NCBI GenBank assembly: GCA_028691975.1
Contig: JAQUYF010000004.1
Span: 53-64,052, forward strand
From: Bacteroidales bacterium
GTDB taxonomy: Bacteria > Bacteroidota > Bacteroidia > Bacteroidales > UBA932
Length of the DNA: 64,000 bases
Direction of reading: 5' to 3'
Shown: one piece after another, positions 40,089 through 49,476 of the stretch
How the letters are laid out: each line of letters starts with the position of its first letter
How positions within the stretch are numbered: position 1 is the stretch's first letter
Notes under the pieces: generated by a model
Seen by the model: only the letters and a program-made list of their open reading frames with translations
The model's database searches: none
What the model was told of the DNA's origin: nothing
Program-made: the position numbers and the translations under genes

Positions 40089-41026
40089 TAGCGGTACTTT
40101 GTCTCATCTTCAAGCATTCCAAGGTAGGAGGAATACCTCTCTATGGAAATTTTTCCATCTTCTACAGCCTGTTTAACGGCACAGCCGGGCTCATGAGTGT
40201 GCGTACATGGCTTAAATCGGCAATTATCCATAACTCTTAACATCTCAGGGAAATAGGTGCTTATCTCTTCAGAAGGAATATCTACGATACCGAATCCCCT
40301 AATGCCGGGAGTGTCAATTATAAAACCGCCACTGCAGAGTGGATGCATCTCATAGAAAGTGGTGGTATGCTTTCCCTGCAAGTGAGCTTGTGATATCTCA
40401 CCGATCTTTGGAGTCAAGGAGGGGTCCAGAGCCTTGATTAAAGATGATTTGCCCACCCCGGAGACTCCTGAAAACAAAGAAATCGAATCTTTGCACAGTT
40501 CCCGCAACTGCCCTATATTTTCACCCGTAAGAGCCGATACCTCTATGATAGTGTATCCTGCTCCGCGGTAAATTCTCTCAAAATCGCTCATCTTGCGCTG
40601 ATATTCGTCGTCATAAAGGTCCAATTTATTAATCAGGATGACGGTGTTGATCTTGTATGCTTCACAGGTAAGGAGAAACCTGTCCACAAAAGCAAGTTTG
40701 GTTTCAGGAAATTCGATGGTAACAATCAGGAAGACTCTGTCAATATTGGCTGCAATGATATGAGTTTGCCTGGAAAGATTAGTGGACTTGCGAATGATAT
40801 AGTTGCGTCGTGCATGGATATTATCGATAGTGCCCATAGAGTCCGTATCAAGATCTATGGAATAATCTACAATATCTCCCACAGCCACAGGATTTGTTGC
40901 TGTAGATGTATTGAGTCTGATTTTTCCTCTTATTACGGCAGGAAACAGATCCCACTTTGGTAGTTCCGAGAGCAAGTAGTGGCTTCCCGTATGCTTTACT
41001 ACCGTTGCAATTCCATGTCTTTCCAT
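40088..41026 (-). CDS. rsgA: Ribosome small subunit-dependent GTPase A
   Basis: Circularly permuted GTPase (NKLDL ... GVSGVGKSSLI ... DTPG) with a C-terminal zinc finger CRFKPCTHTHEPGCAV. Its stop overlaps the MATE start (TAATG). Confidence 0.93.
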   Translation of the reverse strand: MERHGIATVVKHTGSHYLLSELPKWDLFPAVIRGKIRLNTSTATNPVAVGDIVDYSIDLDTDSMGTIDNIHARRNYIIRKSTNLSRQTHIIAANIDRVFLIVTIEFPETKLAFVDRFLLTCEAYKINTVILINKLDLYDDEYQRKMSDFERIYRGAGYTIIEVSALTGENIGQLRELCKDSISLFSGVSGVGKSSLIKALDPSLTPKIGEISQAHLQGKHTTTFYEMHPLCSGGFIIDTPGIRGFGIVDIPSEEISTYFPEMLRVMDNCRFKPCTHTHEPGCAVKQAVEDGKISIERYSSYLGMLEDETKYR

Positions 41027-41031
41027 TGCTG

Positions 41032-41039
41032 CAAAGATA
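41032..41039 (-). promoter_or_regulatory. -7 promoter box TATCTTTG for rsgA
   Basis: Perfect TAnnTTTG on the minus strand, 5 nt upstream of ATG 41026, so the mRNA would be leaderless. It supports the internal start. Confidence 0.55.
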
Positions 41040-41059
41040 GTAATTTGTATAAAATCCGT

Positions 41060-41067
41060 TATCTTTG
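41060..41067 (+). promoter_or_regulatory. -7 promoter box TATCTTTG for the polyprenyl synthase gene
   Basis: Perfect TAnnTTTG, 24 nt upstream of ATG 41092. It overlaps the longer start in the ORF track. Confidence 0.55.
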
Positions 41068-41091
41068 CAGGATAAATCAAAATATAGAAGG

Positions 41092-42072
41092 ATGTACACT
41101 TTAGAAGAAATTGATCGGATAGTTGAGCGTAGTATTCTGAATATGAATATCATGGGGGAGCCTGCTTCGCTTTATGAACCGATAGAATATATGATTGGAA
41201 TTGGCGGAAAGCGGATTAGACCGCGGTTGTGTTTAGCCACATATTCTCTTTTTGAAAATAATATCAGTACAGAGATTATTTACCCCGCTCTTTCACTTGA
41301 AATATTTCATGAGTTTACGCTGATTCACGATGATATTATGGATAATGCCGATACCAGACGCAACCAGATGACCGTTTACAAGAAGTGGGGCAATAATGTT
41401 GCTATTTTATCGGGCGATGTAATGTCTATTTTAGCATATCGTTACCTTGCCGCCTCTCCGGCCGGATCTCTTCCCGATGTTCTGAATCTTTTCTCTACTA
41501 CGGCAGCTCAAGTATGTGAGGGACAGCAGTATGATATGGATTATGAGCAGTTGCCGTTCATTACCCGAGAAGACTATATCAAAATGATTGGGCTTAAAAC
41601 GGGAGTACTTTTGGCCTGCTCCGCAAAAATGGGGGCATTGCTTGCAAAGGCTTCCTCTGAAATATGTGATGCTCTGTATGATTTTGGATATAAACTTGGA
41701 ATAGCCTTTCAAATTACTGATGATTACCTGGATACTTTTGGCAATGAACAGGTTTTTGGAAAGAAGATAGGTGGAGACATAATTAATAACAAGAAGAGTT
41801 GGTTGCTGGTGGAGTGTTTACGACTTGCTGCGAATGGAAATAAGATGACATCTTTGGACAACATAATGGCAATGGGAGAGGATTGTCAGAAGGAGAAAAT
41901 TGCCGCTATGCAGCAGCTTTATGTGGAATTAGGCGTAAAAGAGAGCGCAAAAGAGGCTATTTTGGAGTATCAAAAGAAAGCGATGGATGCTATCGAAAAC
42001 GTCGGATTGAGTGTTGAACAGATACAACAGCTCAGGGAATTTTCGGAACAAATCATACACCGTGAAAAATAA
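41092..42072 (+). CDS. Polyprenyl diphosphate synthase (trans-isoprenyl diphosphate synthase family)
   Basis: First and second aspartate-rich motifs HDDIMDN and DDYLD. Length is 326 aa. Confidence 0.9.
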   Translation: MYTLEEIDRIVERSILNMNIMGEPASLYEPIEYMIGIGGKRIRPRLCLATYSLFENNISTEIIYPALSLEIFHEFTLIHDDIMDNADTRRNQMTVYKKWGNNVAILSGDVMSILAYRYLAASPAGSLPDVLNLFSTTAAQVCEGQQYDMDYEQLPFITREDYIKMIGLKTGVLLACSAKMGALLAKASSEICDALYDFGYKLGIAFQITDDYLDTFGNEQVFGKKIGGDIINNKKSWLLVECLRLAANGNKMTSLDNIMAMGEDCQKEKIAAMQQLYVELGVKESAKEAILEYQKKAMDAIENVGLSVEQIQQLREFSEQIIHREK

Positions 42073-43294
42073 TTACTTGGAAATCATGGCACCGGCAGGC
42101 AATTTTGAGTGCCTGACAGCGGCCATTCAGGGTGGGGCCGATTCTGTTTATTTCGGAGTCGGGAAGCTGAATATGCGATCACACTCTGCCAATAATTTTG
42201 CTCCGGAGGATCTTCAAAAGGTGTGTCAAATTTGCAAAGATGATGGAGTAAAGTCTTATCTGACATTGAATATAATACTTTATGATGAAGATCTGGCGGC
42301 TATGAGAGAGGCTTTGCAAGCAGCAAAGTCGGCAGGAGTTTCCGCAATTATTGCTTCAGACATGGCGGCTATTGTATATGCCCGGACTTTAGGACTTGAA
42401 GTACATATATCTACCCAATTAAGTATTTCCAACACTGAAAGTTTGAGGTTTTACTCACAATTTGCGGATGTTGTTGTGCTTGCACGTGAGCTGAATCTTG
42501 TACAAGTCAGGGAGATTAAGCGTCTGATAGACGAAGAAAATATAACCGGCCCGTCCGGCAGACCTTTGGAGATAGAAATGTTTTGCCATGGAGCGTTGTG
42601 TATGGCTATTTCAGGCAAATGTTATCTCTCTTTGCATGAATATGGTGCTTCAGCCAATAGAGGAGCCTGTTATCAGTTGTGTCGAAGGGGATATGAAGTT
42701 ACGGATCTCGAGACAGGTCGGTCACTTAACATAGACAATAAGTACATTATGTCGCCGAAAGATTTGTGTACCATAGAGTTTATGGATAAAATGATAGCAG
42801 CAGGGGTTAAAGTATTTAAGATAGAGGGGCGTGCACGTTCTTCGGAGTACGTTAAAACTGTCACCAGAGCATATCGGAATGCGGCTGATGCCGTTATTGC
42901 CGGGAACTATACATTGGGATATGCCGCTGAGTTAAAGAAAGGGTTGGAGACTGTATTTAATCGTGGCTTTTGGGATGGCTATTATCAAGGGGCAAGGCTT
43001 GGTGAATGGAGTGAAGTATATGGCAATAAGGCAACTAAAACTAAGATTTATGTAGGAAAGGTGACGAATTATTTCAGCAATATCGGCGTTGCCGAAGTAT
43101 TGGTTGAATCAGGTTCGTTTACGATTGGAGACAATCTTTTGATTGTCGGTCCTTCAACGGGAGTAATCGAATATACAGTTCCTGAAATCAGGGTTAATCT
43201 GGAGCAGGTGCAGAATGCCGTAAAAGGAGATTTGTGTTCTATTCCGGTCGCGAATAAGTTGCGACGGAGTGATAAATTATATTTATTTCAGTGA
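42062..43294 (+). CDS. Peptidase U32 family protein (PrtC/YegQ-like)
   Basis: N-terminal LEIMAPAGN is the typical U32 start, and the internal block EMFCHGALCMAISGKCYLS matches the U32 signature. Start proposed at GTG 42062, overlapping the upstream stop. Confidence 0.85.
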   Translation: MKNNYLEIMAPAGNFECLTAAIQGGADSVYFGVGKLNMRSHSANNFAPEDLQKVCQICKDDGVKSYLTLNIILYDEDLAAMREALQAAKSAGVSAIIASDMAAIVYARTLGLEVHISTQLSISNTESLRFYSQFADVVVLARELNLVQVREIKRLIDEENITGPSGRPLEIEMFCHGALCMAISGKCYLSLHEYGASANRGACYQLCRRGYEVTDLETGRSLNIDNKYIMSPKDLCTIEFMDKMIAAGVKVFKIEGRARSSEYVKTVTRAYRNAADAVIAGNYTLGYAAELKKGLETVFNRGFWDGYYQGARLGEWSEVYGNKATKTKIYVGKVTNYFSNIGVAEVLVESGSFTIGDNLLIVGPSTGVIEYTVPEIRVNLEQVQNAVKGDLCSIPVANKLRRSDKLYLFQ

Positions 43295-44955
43295 TGGAAT
43301 GGTTTATTAATTTACTTACCGGTGATGGTGTTGCGCACTCTTTGCTAATATTGTCTTTTGTTGTAACTGCCGGAACGCTGTTGGGCAGGGTGAAAATTAA
43401 AGGTGTCTCCCTTGGCATCACGTGGATTTTGTTTGTGGGGATTCTTATCAGCGCTTTGGGAATTTCAGTTAATAACAGTATTCTTTCCTTTGTAAAAGAG
43501 TTTGGATTAATATTGTTTATCTACAATATAGGTCTTCAAGTGGGCCCGGGCTTCTTTTCATCCTTTAAAAAAGGAGGCGTCAAACTCAATCTGCTTGCGA
43601 CGGGATTTGTACTTCTCGGGTGTATTATTACATATCTTATACATCTTTGTACAAATACCCCGCTTACGACAATGGTGGGTGTGATGTCCGGAGCTGTTAC
43701 AAACACTCCCGGACTTGGTGCCGCTCAACAGACGCTGATGGAGACTACAGGTATGGAAGATCCTACAATCGCAATGGGATATGCGGTTGCATACCCTCTC
43801 GGTGTTCTTGGTATGATCTTAGCTTTTATGCTCATAAAAAGAGTACTTAAGCTAGATCTTGTAAAGGAAAGAGCTGCGGCAGAAGCAGCGGCGGTGCCAA
43901 AAGATGTTGCGGTACGTTTTGCAGTTGAAGCTGATAATCCTGTAATATTCGGAAAGAGAGTTGATGAAATAGACGCTATTGTCGGAAAGCCTTACGTTGT
44001 AGCAAGGATTTGCCATAGTGACGGTCAGATGGAAATAGCTTCTTCATCTTCAATTATTCAAAAAGATGATAAGTTGCTGATAGTCGCAGCTTCATCTATT
44101 GTTGATGCTATTGTTCCGTTCTTCGGAAACAAAGTTGATACGTCTGAGGATGCATGGGAAAATATAGATGTCATGCATGTGTCACGTAAGGTGTTGATTA
44201 CAAAACGTGCGATAAATGGGAGGACTATCAAGGATTTGCATATACGTTCTTCTTATGGTATTAATGTTACAAGAATAATTAGAGCTGATGTGGATTTAGC
44301 TGCAAAGCCTGATTTGCCACTTCAAATAGGCGATAAGTTGTTGATGGTAGGTTCACCGGAAGCGATAGATAAGGTAGCGGAGATATTGGGTAACTCAACA
44401 GAACAGCTGAGAGAGCCAAATCTTATGCCTATATTTTTCGGTATAGTATTAGGGGTATTGCTCGGGTCGATTCCCATCATGTTTCCGGGAATTCCACAGC
44501 CGGTCAGGCTCGGTTTGGCCGGGGGTCCTCTGATTATCGCTATTCTTATCAGCAGGTTTGGTCCGAAATATCATATCGTCACATATACGACTGTCAGTGC
44601 AAATAAGATGATGAAAGAGATGGGAATAGCTCTATTCCTGGCTGCAGTGGGGCTTGGTGCCGGAAATGGATTTGTGGATACTGTGGCCTCCGGAGGATAT
44701 AAGTGGATTATATATGGTTTTATGATCACTGTATTACCGACTATAATAATTGCTTTTATTGCCAGAAAGGGGTGTAAGCTCAATTACTATCAGATAGTCG
44801 GACTTATCAGCGGTAGCTCCACCAACCCGCCTGCACTTGCATATTCCAATTCTTTGGGAGGGAGTATTCCATCTGTTACTTATGCGACAGTCTATCCGCT
44901 TACAATGTTTTTGAGAATATTGCTGGCTCAGATTTTAATATTGATGGCTATTTAA
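43294..44955 (+). CDS. YidE/YbjL (AspT) family transporter with two central TrkA-C domains
   Basis: Duplicated membrane halves flank two soluble RCK-C-like segments. Its start overlaps the U32 stop (TGATG). Confidence 0.8.
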   Translation: MEWFINLLTGDGVAHSLLILSFVVTAGTLLGRVKIKGVSLGITWILFVGILISALGISVNNSILSFVKEFGLILFIYNIGLQVGPGFFSSFKKGGVKLNLLATGFVLLGCIITYLIHLCTNTPLTTMVGVMSGAVTNTPGLGAAQQTLMETTGMEDPTIAMGYAVAYPLGVLGMILAFMLIKRVLKLDLVKERAAAEAAAVPKDVAVRFAVEADNPVIFGKRVDEIDAIVGKPYVVARICHSDGQMEIASSSSIIQKDDKLLIVAASSIVDAIVPFFGNKVDTSEDAWENIDVMHVSRKVLITKRAINGRTIKDLHIRSSYGINVTRIIRADVDLAAKPDLPLQIGDKLLMVGSPEAIDKVAEILGNSTEQLREPNLMPIFFGIVLGVLLGSIPIMFPGIPQPVRLGLAGGPLIIAILISRFGPKYHIVTYTTVSANKMMKEMGIALFLAAVGLGAGNGFVDTVASGGYKWIIYGFMITVLPTIIIAFIARKGCKLNYYQIVGLISGSSTNPPALAYSNSLGGSIPSVTYATVYPLTMFLRILLAQILILMAI

Positions 44956-44971
44956 AACAGGCCGATGCCGT

Positions 44972-46495
44972 ATGAAAAAGCGAGAGTTTCCAAATACTTA
45001 CGTTATCATATTTGCAATCATCATTATTTGTGCGATTGCAACCTGGTTTACAAAGGGGGCTCAACCTCAGACGTGGCAAGTCTTTTCGGCAATCTATACG
45101 GGATTTGGGCGTCAAGCCGGAATTATAGCCTTTATTCTGATAATAGGAGGAGCTTTTTGGATTGTTAACAGTACAAAAGCCATTGATGCAGGCATCTTCT
45201 CTTTTTTGAAAATAACGTGCAAACTGGAAAAAATATCATTTTTGCGCAGAATAGGTGTGAACAATATCATAATGATAGCCATAATGCTCTTGTTTAGCTT
45301 GTTTGGGGCGATATTCGGGATGAGTGAGGAGACGATTCCATTTGTTGTCATATTAGTTCCTTTGGCAATATCAATGGGGTATGACTCAATTGTTGGAGTC
45401 TGTTTGGTGTATGTGGCGGCACATGTCGGGTTTGCAGGTGCAATATTAAATCCGTTTACAATAGGAATAGCTCAGACTATAGCCGAGATACCGATGTTTT
45501 CGGGGATAGAATACCGGTTTATCTGCTGGGTTGTACTTACAATTATACTGATAGCGTTTGTGCTGATCTATGCTGCAAGGATAAAAAGGAATCCGAGCAA
45601 GAGTATCATGTATGATGCGGACAGCTATTGGAGAGATAAAGTTGAAGCTTCATCTGCAGGAGTCAAGTATTATCACAACAAATCATCTTGGATATCATTT
45701 ATACTTGTCTCTGTTGCAATTGTTTGTTTTACCATATTTTACAGTAAGGTTTGCAGTATTAAGGTAGGAACGGGAGTGTATCATACACCATGGCTTTTGC
45801 CGGTAGTAGGTGCCCTTTTCATCATTTCAAGTCTTTTCGCACTGCGCAAATCAGTTCATTTTTACATCCTCAACCTGTTGATGTTTACAATAGTATATCT
45901 GGTAGTAGGGGTGCTTGGCTTTAATTGGTACATTACAGAAATATCGGCACTTTTCGTGGCGTTGGCACTGTCAAGCGGTATAGCGAGTGGCCTATCGGCT
46001 AATTCGGTAGTCAAAGAATTCCTCTCCGGAGCAAAAGATATTCTTTCAGCTGCACTCGTGGTGGGGTTGGCTGCCGGCATAATCATTATTTTGGAAGAGG
46101 GAAAGGTGATTGATCCGATGATGCGTAGCTTAGTGGCTTTGGTTGATGGAACATCTAAAGTGGCATCAATAGGTCTGATGTATGGAGTACAGACTTTAAT
46201 CAACCTTGTGATTCCGTCTGCTTCGGCAAAGGCGGCCATCACAATGCCGATTATGGCCCCTTTTTCTGACATGATAGGTGTTTCGAGGCAGGCAACGGTG
46301 TTGGCTTTTCAGTTCGGAGACGGATTTACCAACATGATAACACCCACTTCCGGAGTATTGATTGCCGCGCTTGGAATGGCAAAGATACCTTATGCAAAGT
46401 GGGTTAAATTTATTTGGAAATTTATCTTGATACTTATTATTGTGGGCTTTTGCCTCCTGATTCCGACGGTTTTCTTTAAATTGCCGGGTTTTTAG
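44972..46495 (+). CDS. YfcC family (C4-dicarboxylate anaerobic carrier-like, putative basic amino acid) transporter
   Basis: A 507-aa polytopic protein with a YfcC-like N-terminus (FPNTYVIIFAIIIICAIATW) and the late block QFGDGFTNMITPTSG. Confidence 0.75.
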   Translation: MKKREFPNTYVIIFAIIIICAIATWFTKGAQPQTWQVFSAIYTGFGRQAGIIAFILIIGGAFWIVNSTKAIDAGIFSFLKITCKLEKISFLRRIGVNNIIMIAIMLLFSLFGAIFGMSEETIPFVVILVPLAISMGYDSIVGVCLVYVAAHVGFAGAILNPFTIGIAQTIAEIPMFSGIEYRFICWVVLTIILIAFVLIYAARIKRNPSKSIMYDADSYWRDKVEASSAGVKYYHNKSSWISFILVSVAIVCFTIFYSKVCSIKVGTGVYHTPWLLPVVGALFIISSLFALRKSVHFYILNLLMFTIVYLVVGVLGFNWYITEISALFVALALSSGIASGLSANSVVKEFLSGAKDILSAALVVGLAAGIIIILEEGKVIDPMMRSLVALVDGTSKVASIGLMYGVQTLINLVIPSASAKAAITMPIMAPFSDMIGVSRQATVLAFQFGDGFTNMITPTSGVLIAALGMAKIPYAKWVKFIWKFILILIIVGFCLLIPTVFFKLPGF

Positions 46496-46575
46496 CTGAT
46501 TTAGCTGAGAAGATTAATAATTATTACTAATTTCGCACCCTGTTATTTCAAATATTAACTAAAATATATACAATT

Positions 46576-47805
46576 ATGATAATTTCTGAAAAAGCAAAAG
46601 TGTTCATAGAGCAGGAAGATAATTTCGGTGCTCATAACTATCATCCATTACCGGTAGTACTTTCAAAGGGTAAAGGCGCTTTTGTATGGGATGTTGACGG
46701 TAAGAGGTATTTTGACTTTTTGTCAGCATATTCTGCCGTAAATCAAGGACATTGCCATCCAAAAATAGTTAAGGCCCTTTGTGACCAGGCTCAGACACTT
46801 TGCCTTACTTCAAGAGCTTTTTACAATGATTGTCTCGGTCCATACGAAGAGTTTGCAACAAAATATTTTGGTTACGACAAACTTTTACCTATGAATTCCG
46901 GAGCTGAAGCAGTGGAAACTGCCTTGAAACTTGGCCGTCGCTGGGGATATATCAAGAAAGGAATTCCCGAAGATCAGGCAATTATCATAGTTTGCGAAGG
47001 TAATTTCCATGGCCGGACCATATCAATTGTGTCAATGTCTTCCGATCCTGACTCTTACTCTCAATACGGTCCTTTTACTCCGGGTTTTGTTAAGATACCT
47101 TACAATGATTCCGATGCATTGGAGAGAGTTTTGGATAAATGTGGCGACAGGACAGCTGCATTTATTGTTGAGCCGATTCAGGGTGAAGCAGGTGTCTTTG
47201 TTCCGGATAAAGGGTATCTTACAAAATGCTATAATGCTTGCAAGAAGCACAATGTTCTTTTCATAGCTGATGAAGTTCAGACAGGCATAGCCCGTACGGG
47301 ACGTCTTTTGTGCTGTGATCACGAAAATATTCATCCCGACATCTTGATTTTGGGTAAGGCTATTTCAGGAGGTGTGCTTCCTATTTCAGCCGTACTTGCA
47401 AATAACGAGATCATGCTTACGATCAAGCCGGGAGAGCACGGTTCAACATTCGGAGGTTTCCCTCTTGCTGCCAAAGTAGCTGTTGCCGCATTGGAAGTTG
47501 TTCAGGAGGAACATCTTACAGAGAAGGCCGAATATCTCGGAAAGATATTCAGAGAGGAACTTACAAATTTCCACTCTCCGTTCATCAAACAAGTAAGAGG
47601 AATGGGCTTGCTTAATGCAATTGTAACCACTCCTATTGAAGGCAAAGAAGCCTGGGATATTTGTCTTAAGATGGCTGAATATGGATTGATTGCCAAGCCG
47701 ACTCACAAGCATATTATCCGGTTCGCTCCCCCATTGGTGATTACCGAAACTGAGCTCAGAGAAGCGATTGAGATTATAAAGAGAGCATTTAAAGAACTGG
47801 AATAA
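46576..47805 (+). CDS. rocD: Ornithine--oxo-acid aminotransferase
   Basis: Class III PLP aminotransferase with N-terminal [11 protein letters not shown], plus [11 protein letters not shown] and the Lys motif ILGKAISGG. Confidence 0.92.
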   Translation: MIISEKAKVFIEQEDNFGAHNYHPLPVVLSKGKGAFVWDVDGKRYFDFLSAYSAVNQGHCHPKIVKALCDQAQTLCLTSRAFYNDCLGPYEEFATKYFGYDKLLPMNSGAEAVETALKLGRRWGYIKKGIPEDQAIIIVCEGNFHGRTISIVSMSSDPDSYSQYGPFTPGFVKIPYNDSDALERVLDKCGDRTAAFIVEPIQGEAGVFVPDKGYLTKCYNACKKHNVLFIADEVQTGIARTGRLLCCDHENIHPDILILGKAISGGVLPISAVLANNEIMLTIKPGEHGSTFGGFPLAAKVAVAALEVVQEEHLTEKAEYLGKIFREELTNFHSPFIKQVRGMGLLNAIVTTPIEGKEAWDICLKMAEYGLIAKPTHKHIIRFAPPLVITETELREAIEIIKRAFKELE

Positions 47806-47820
47806 CATCTTAACACAGAG

Positions 47821-48735
47821 ATGAGTAATAATCAATTTGCTCAGACAGCAGGCGAAGTGCTTATGATTCGCCCGTGTGGTTTTTGTTTCAACACCCAGAC
47901 CGCAGCCAATAATGCCTTTCAAGTGGAGGGTTTTTCACAACAGGCGCAGGATCATGCGCTGCAGGAGTTTGACGCGTACGTAGAGTTGTTGCAATCTGCA
48001 GGAGTAAAGGTTAATGTGGTTGAGGATACTCCTCGGCCACATACTCCCGACTCCATATTCCCAAATAACTGGTTTTCCACACATTCTGACGGCACTTTAG
48101 TGCTTTATCCGATGTTTGCGCAAAATCGCAGAGAGGAACGCAAACAGACGGTAATTGATTTTTTGATTGAAAAATATGATATTACTTCTATCTGTGATCT
48201 TACTCCTTACGAGAAGAAAAACCTGTTTTTGGAAGGGACCGGAAGTATGGTGATTGATCGCGAGCACGGAGTGGTTTTCGCCTGTCGTTCGCCGAGGACA
48301 AACGAAACGGTGTTGAAGGAATTCAGTAAATATTTTGGATGGGATTATATCCTTTTCGAGGCAAATGATATGCAGGGAGGAGCAATCTATCATACTAACG
48401 TTATGATGAGCGTGGGCAGTAAATTTGCTATTCTCTGTACTGAATCAATTACTGACAAGAAAGAGAGAACAAATGTTGTTGAGACTTTGAAAGGATTTGG
48501 AAAGGATATTATTGAGATATCTTTCGACCAGATGAATCATTTTGCAGGCAATATGTTGGAGTTGCACGCCTCACGACCTGTACTTGTTATGTCGGACACA
48601 GCAAAAAATGCCATGCAATTAAACCAAATGGATATTTTGCAGTCTTATTATGGTGTTGTTGCACCGAAGTTAGACTATATCGAAAAAAATGGGGGAGGGT
48701 CTGCCAGGTGCATGATGGCTGAAATCTTTTTTTAA
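47821..48735 (+). CDS. Amidinotransferase-fold (guanidino-group modifying) enzyme, CtlX/arginine-deiminase-related
   Basis: A 304-aa protein with the C-terminal catalytic-Cys block GGGSARCMMAEIF, typical of this superfamily. It lies directly after rocD. Confidence 0.75.
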   Translation: MSNNQFAQTAGEVLMIRPCGFCFNTQTAANNAFQVEGFSQQAQDHALQEFDAYVELLQSAGVKVNVVEDTPRPHTPDSIFPNNWFSTHSDGTLVLYPMFAQNRREERKQTVIDFLIEKYDITSICDLTPYEKKNLFLEGTGSMVIDREHGVVFACRSPRTNETVLKEFSKYFGWDYILFEANDMQGGAIYHTNVMMSVGSKFAILCTESITDKKERTNVVETLKGFGKDIIEISFDQMNHFAGNMLELHASRPVLVMSDTAKNAMQLNQMDILQSYYGVVAPKLDYIEKNGGGSARCMMAEIFF

Positions 48736-48747
48736 TAACTTAACTTA

Positions 48748-49476
48748 ATGAAATACAGGTTCTTTTTATTGATTATCCTGTTATTGAGTATCACACAAGG
48801 ACTCTATGCGCAGGAGGGGGTGGATTATAAACTGTTTATGGAGAAGGCCGGAGATGTCTCTGCTCTTTATAGAGGTAAAGGTGCAATGAGGTATGCCTTC
48901 CTTCACAACGGCACTTATTTCTGGGATAGTCCTGAGTTTAAAATCGGCAATATAGAGTACAATGGCAAAATGTACTATGATATTCTCATAAATATCGATG
49001 CTTACAGGCAAGATTTGCTCATCAAGACTGTGAACGGCATATCACAAGTGTCTCTCAATGAAGCATACGTTGACCAATTTAATATGGAAGAAAAGCAATT
49101 TGTCAATTTGAGAAAGCGTGGGTTTGCTGTGCCGATGGGCTATTATCAAGAGATATACAACGGAGAAGTTGCAGTATATAAGCAAGTAGTGAAGAAATAT
49201 TCGGATAATGTTAAAACCGGCAGTTCTACGACCTATATAAAAGATGGTAAATATGCCGTATTAAGGGAATTTGATGCAACAATGACCTATTACCTACTCA
49301 AAGACGGCCGGCTCACACTTCTTAAGGGTAAAAATTCTTTGTTAAGGAATTTCGATAAGGAGACGAGAAAGCGGGCAAAGCGGTATGCCAGAAGGAATGA
49401 TTTGGATATTGAGACAAATTTCGACGTGTATTGTAAAAAAGTGTTGAATTATATTGAATCGGGCAATGAGAAATAA
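48748..49476 (+). CDS. Hypothetical exported protein, 242 aa
   Basis: Signal peptide MKYRFFLLIILLLSITQGLYAQ and a basic C-terminal tail. I recognise no motif. Confidence 0.6.
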   Translation: MKYRFFLLIILLLSITQGLYAQEGVDYKLFMEKAGDVSALYRGKGAMRYAFLHNGTYFWDSPEFKIGNIEYNGKMYYDILINIDAYRQDLLIKTVNGISQVSLNEAYVDQFNMEEKQFVNLRKRGFAVPMGYYQEIYNGEVAVYKQVVKKYSDNVKTGSSTTYIKDGKYAVLREFDATMTYYLLKDGRLTLLKGKNSLLRNFDKETRKRAKRYARRNDLDIETNFDVYCKKVLNYIESGNEK

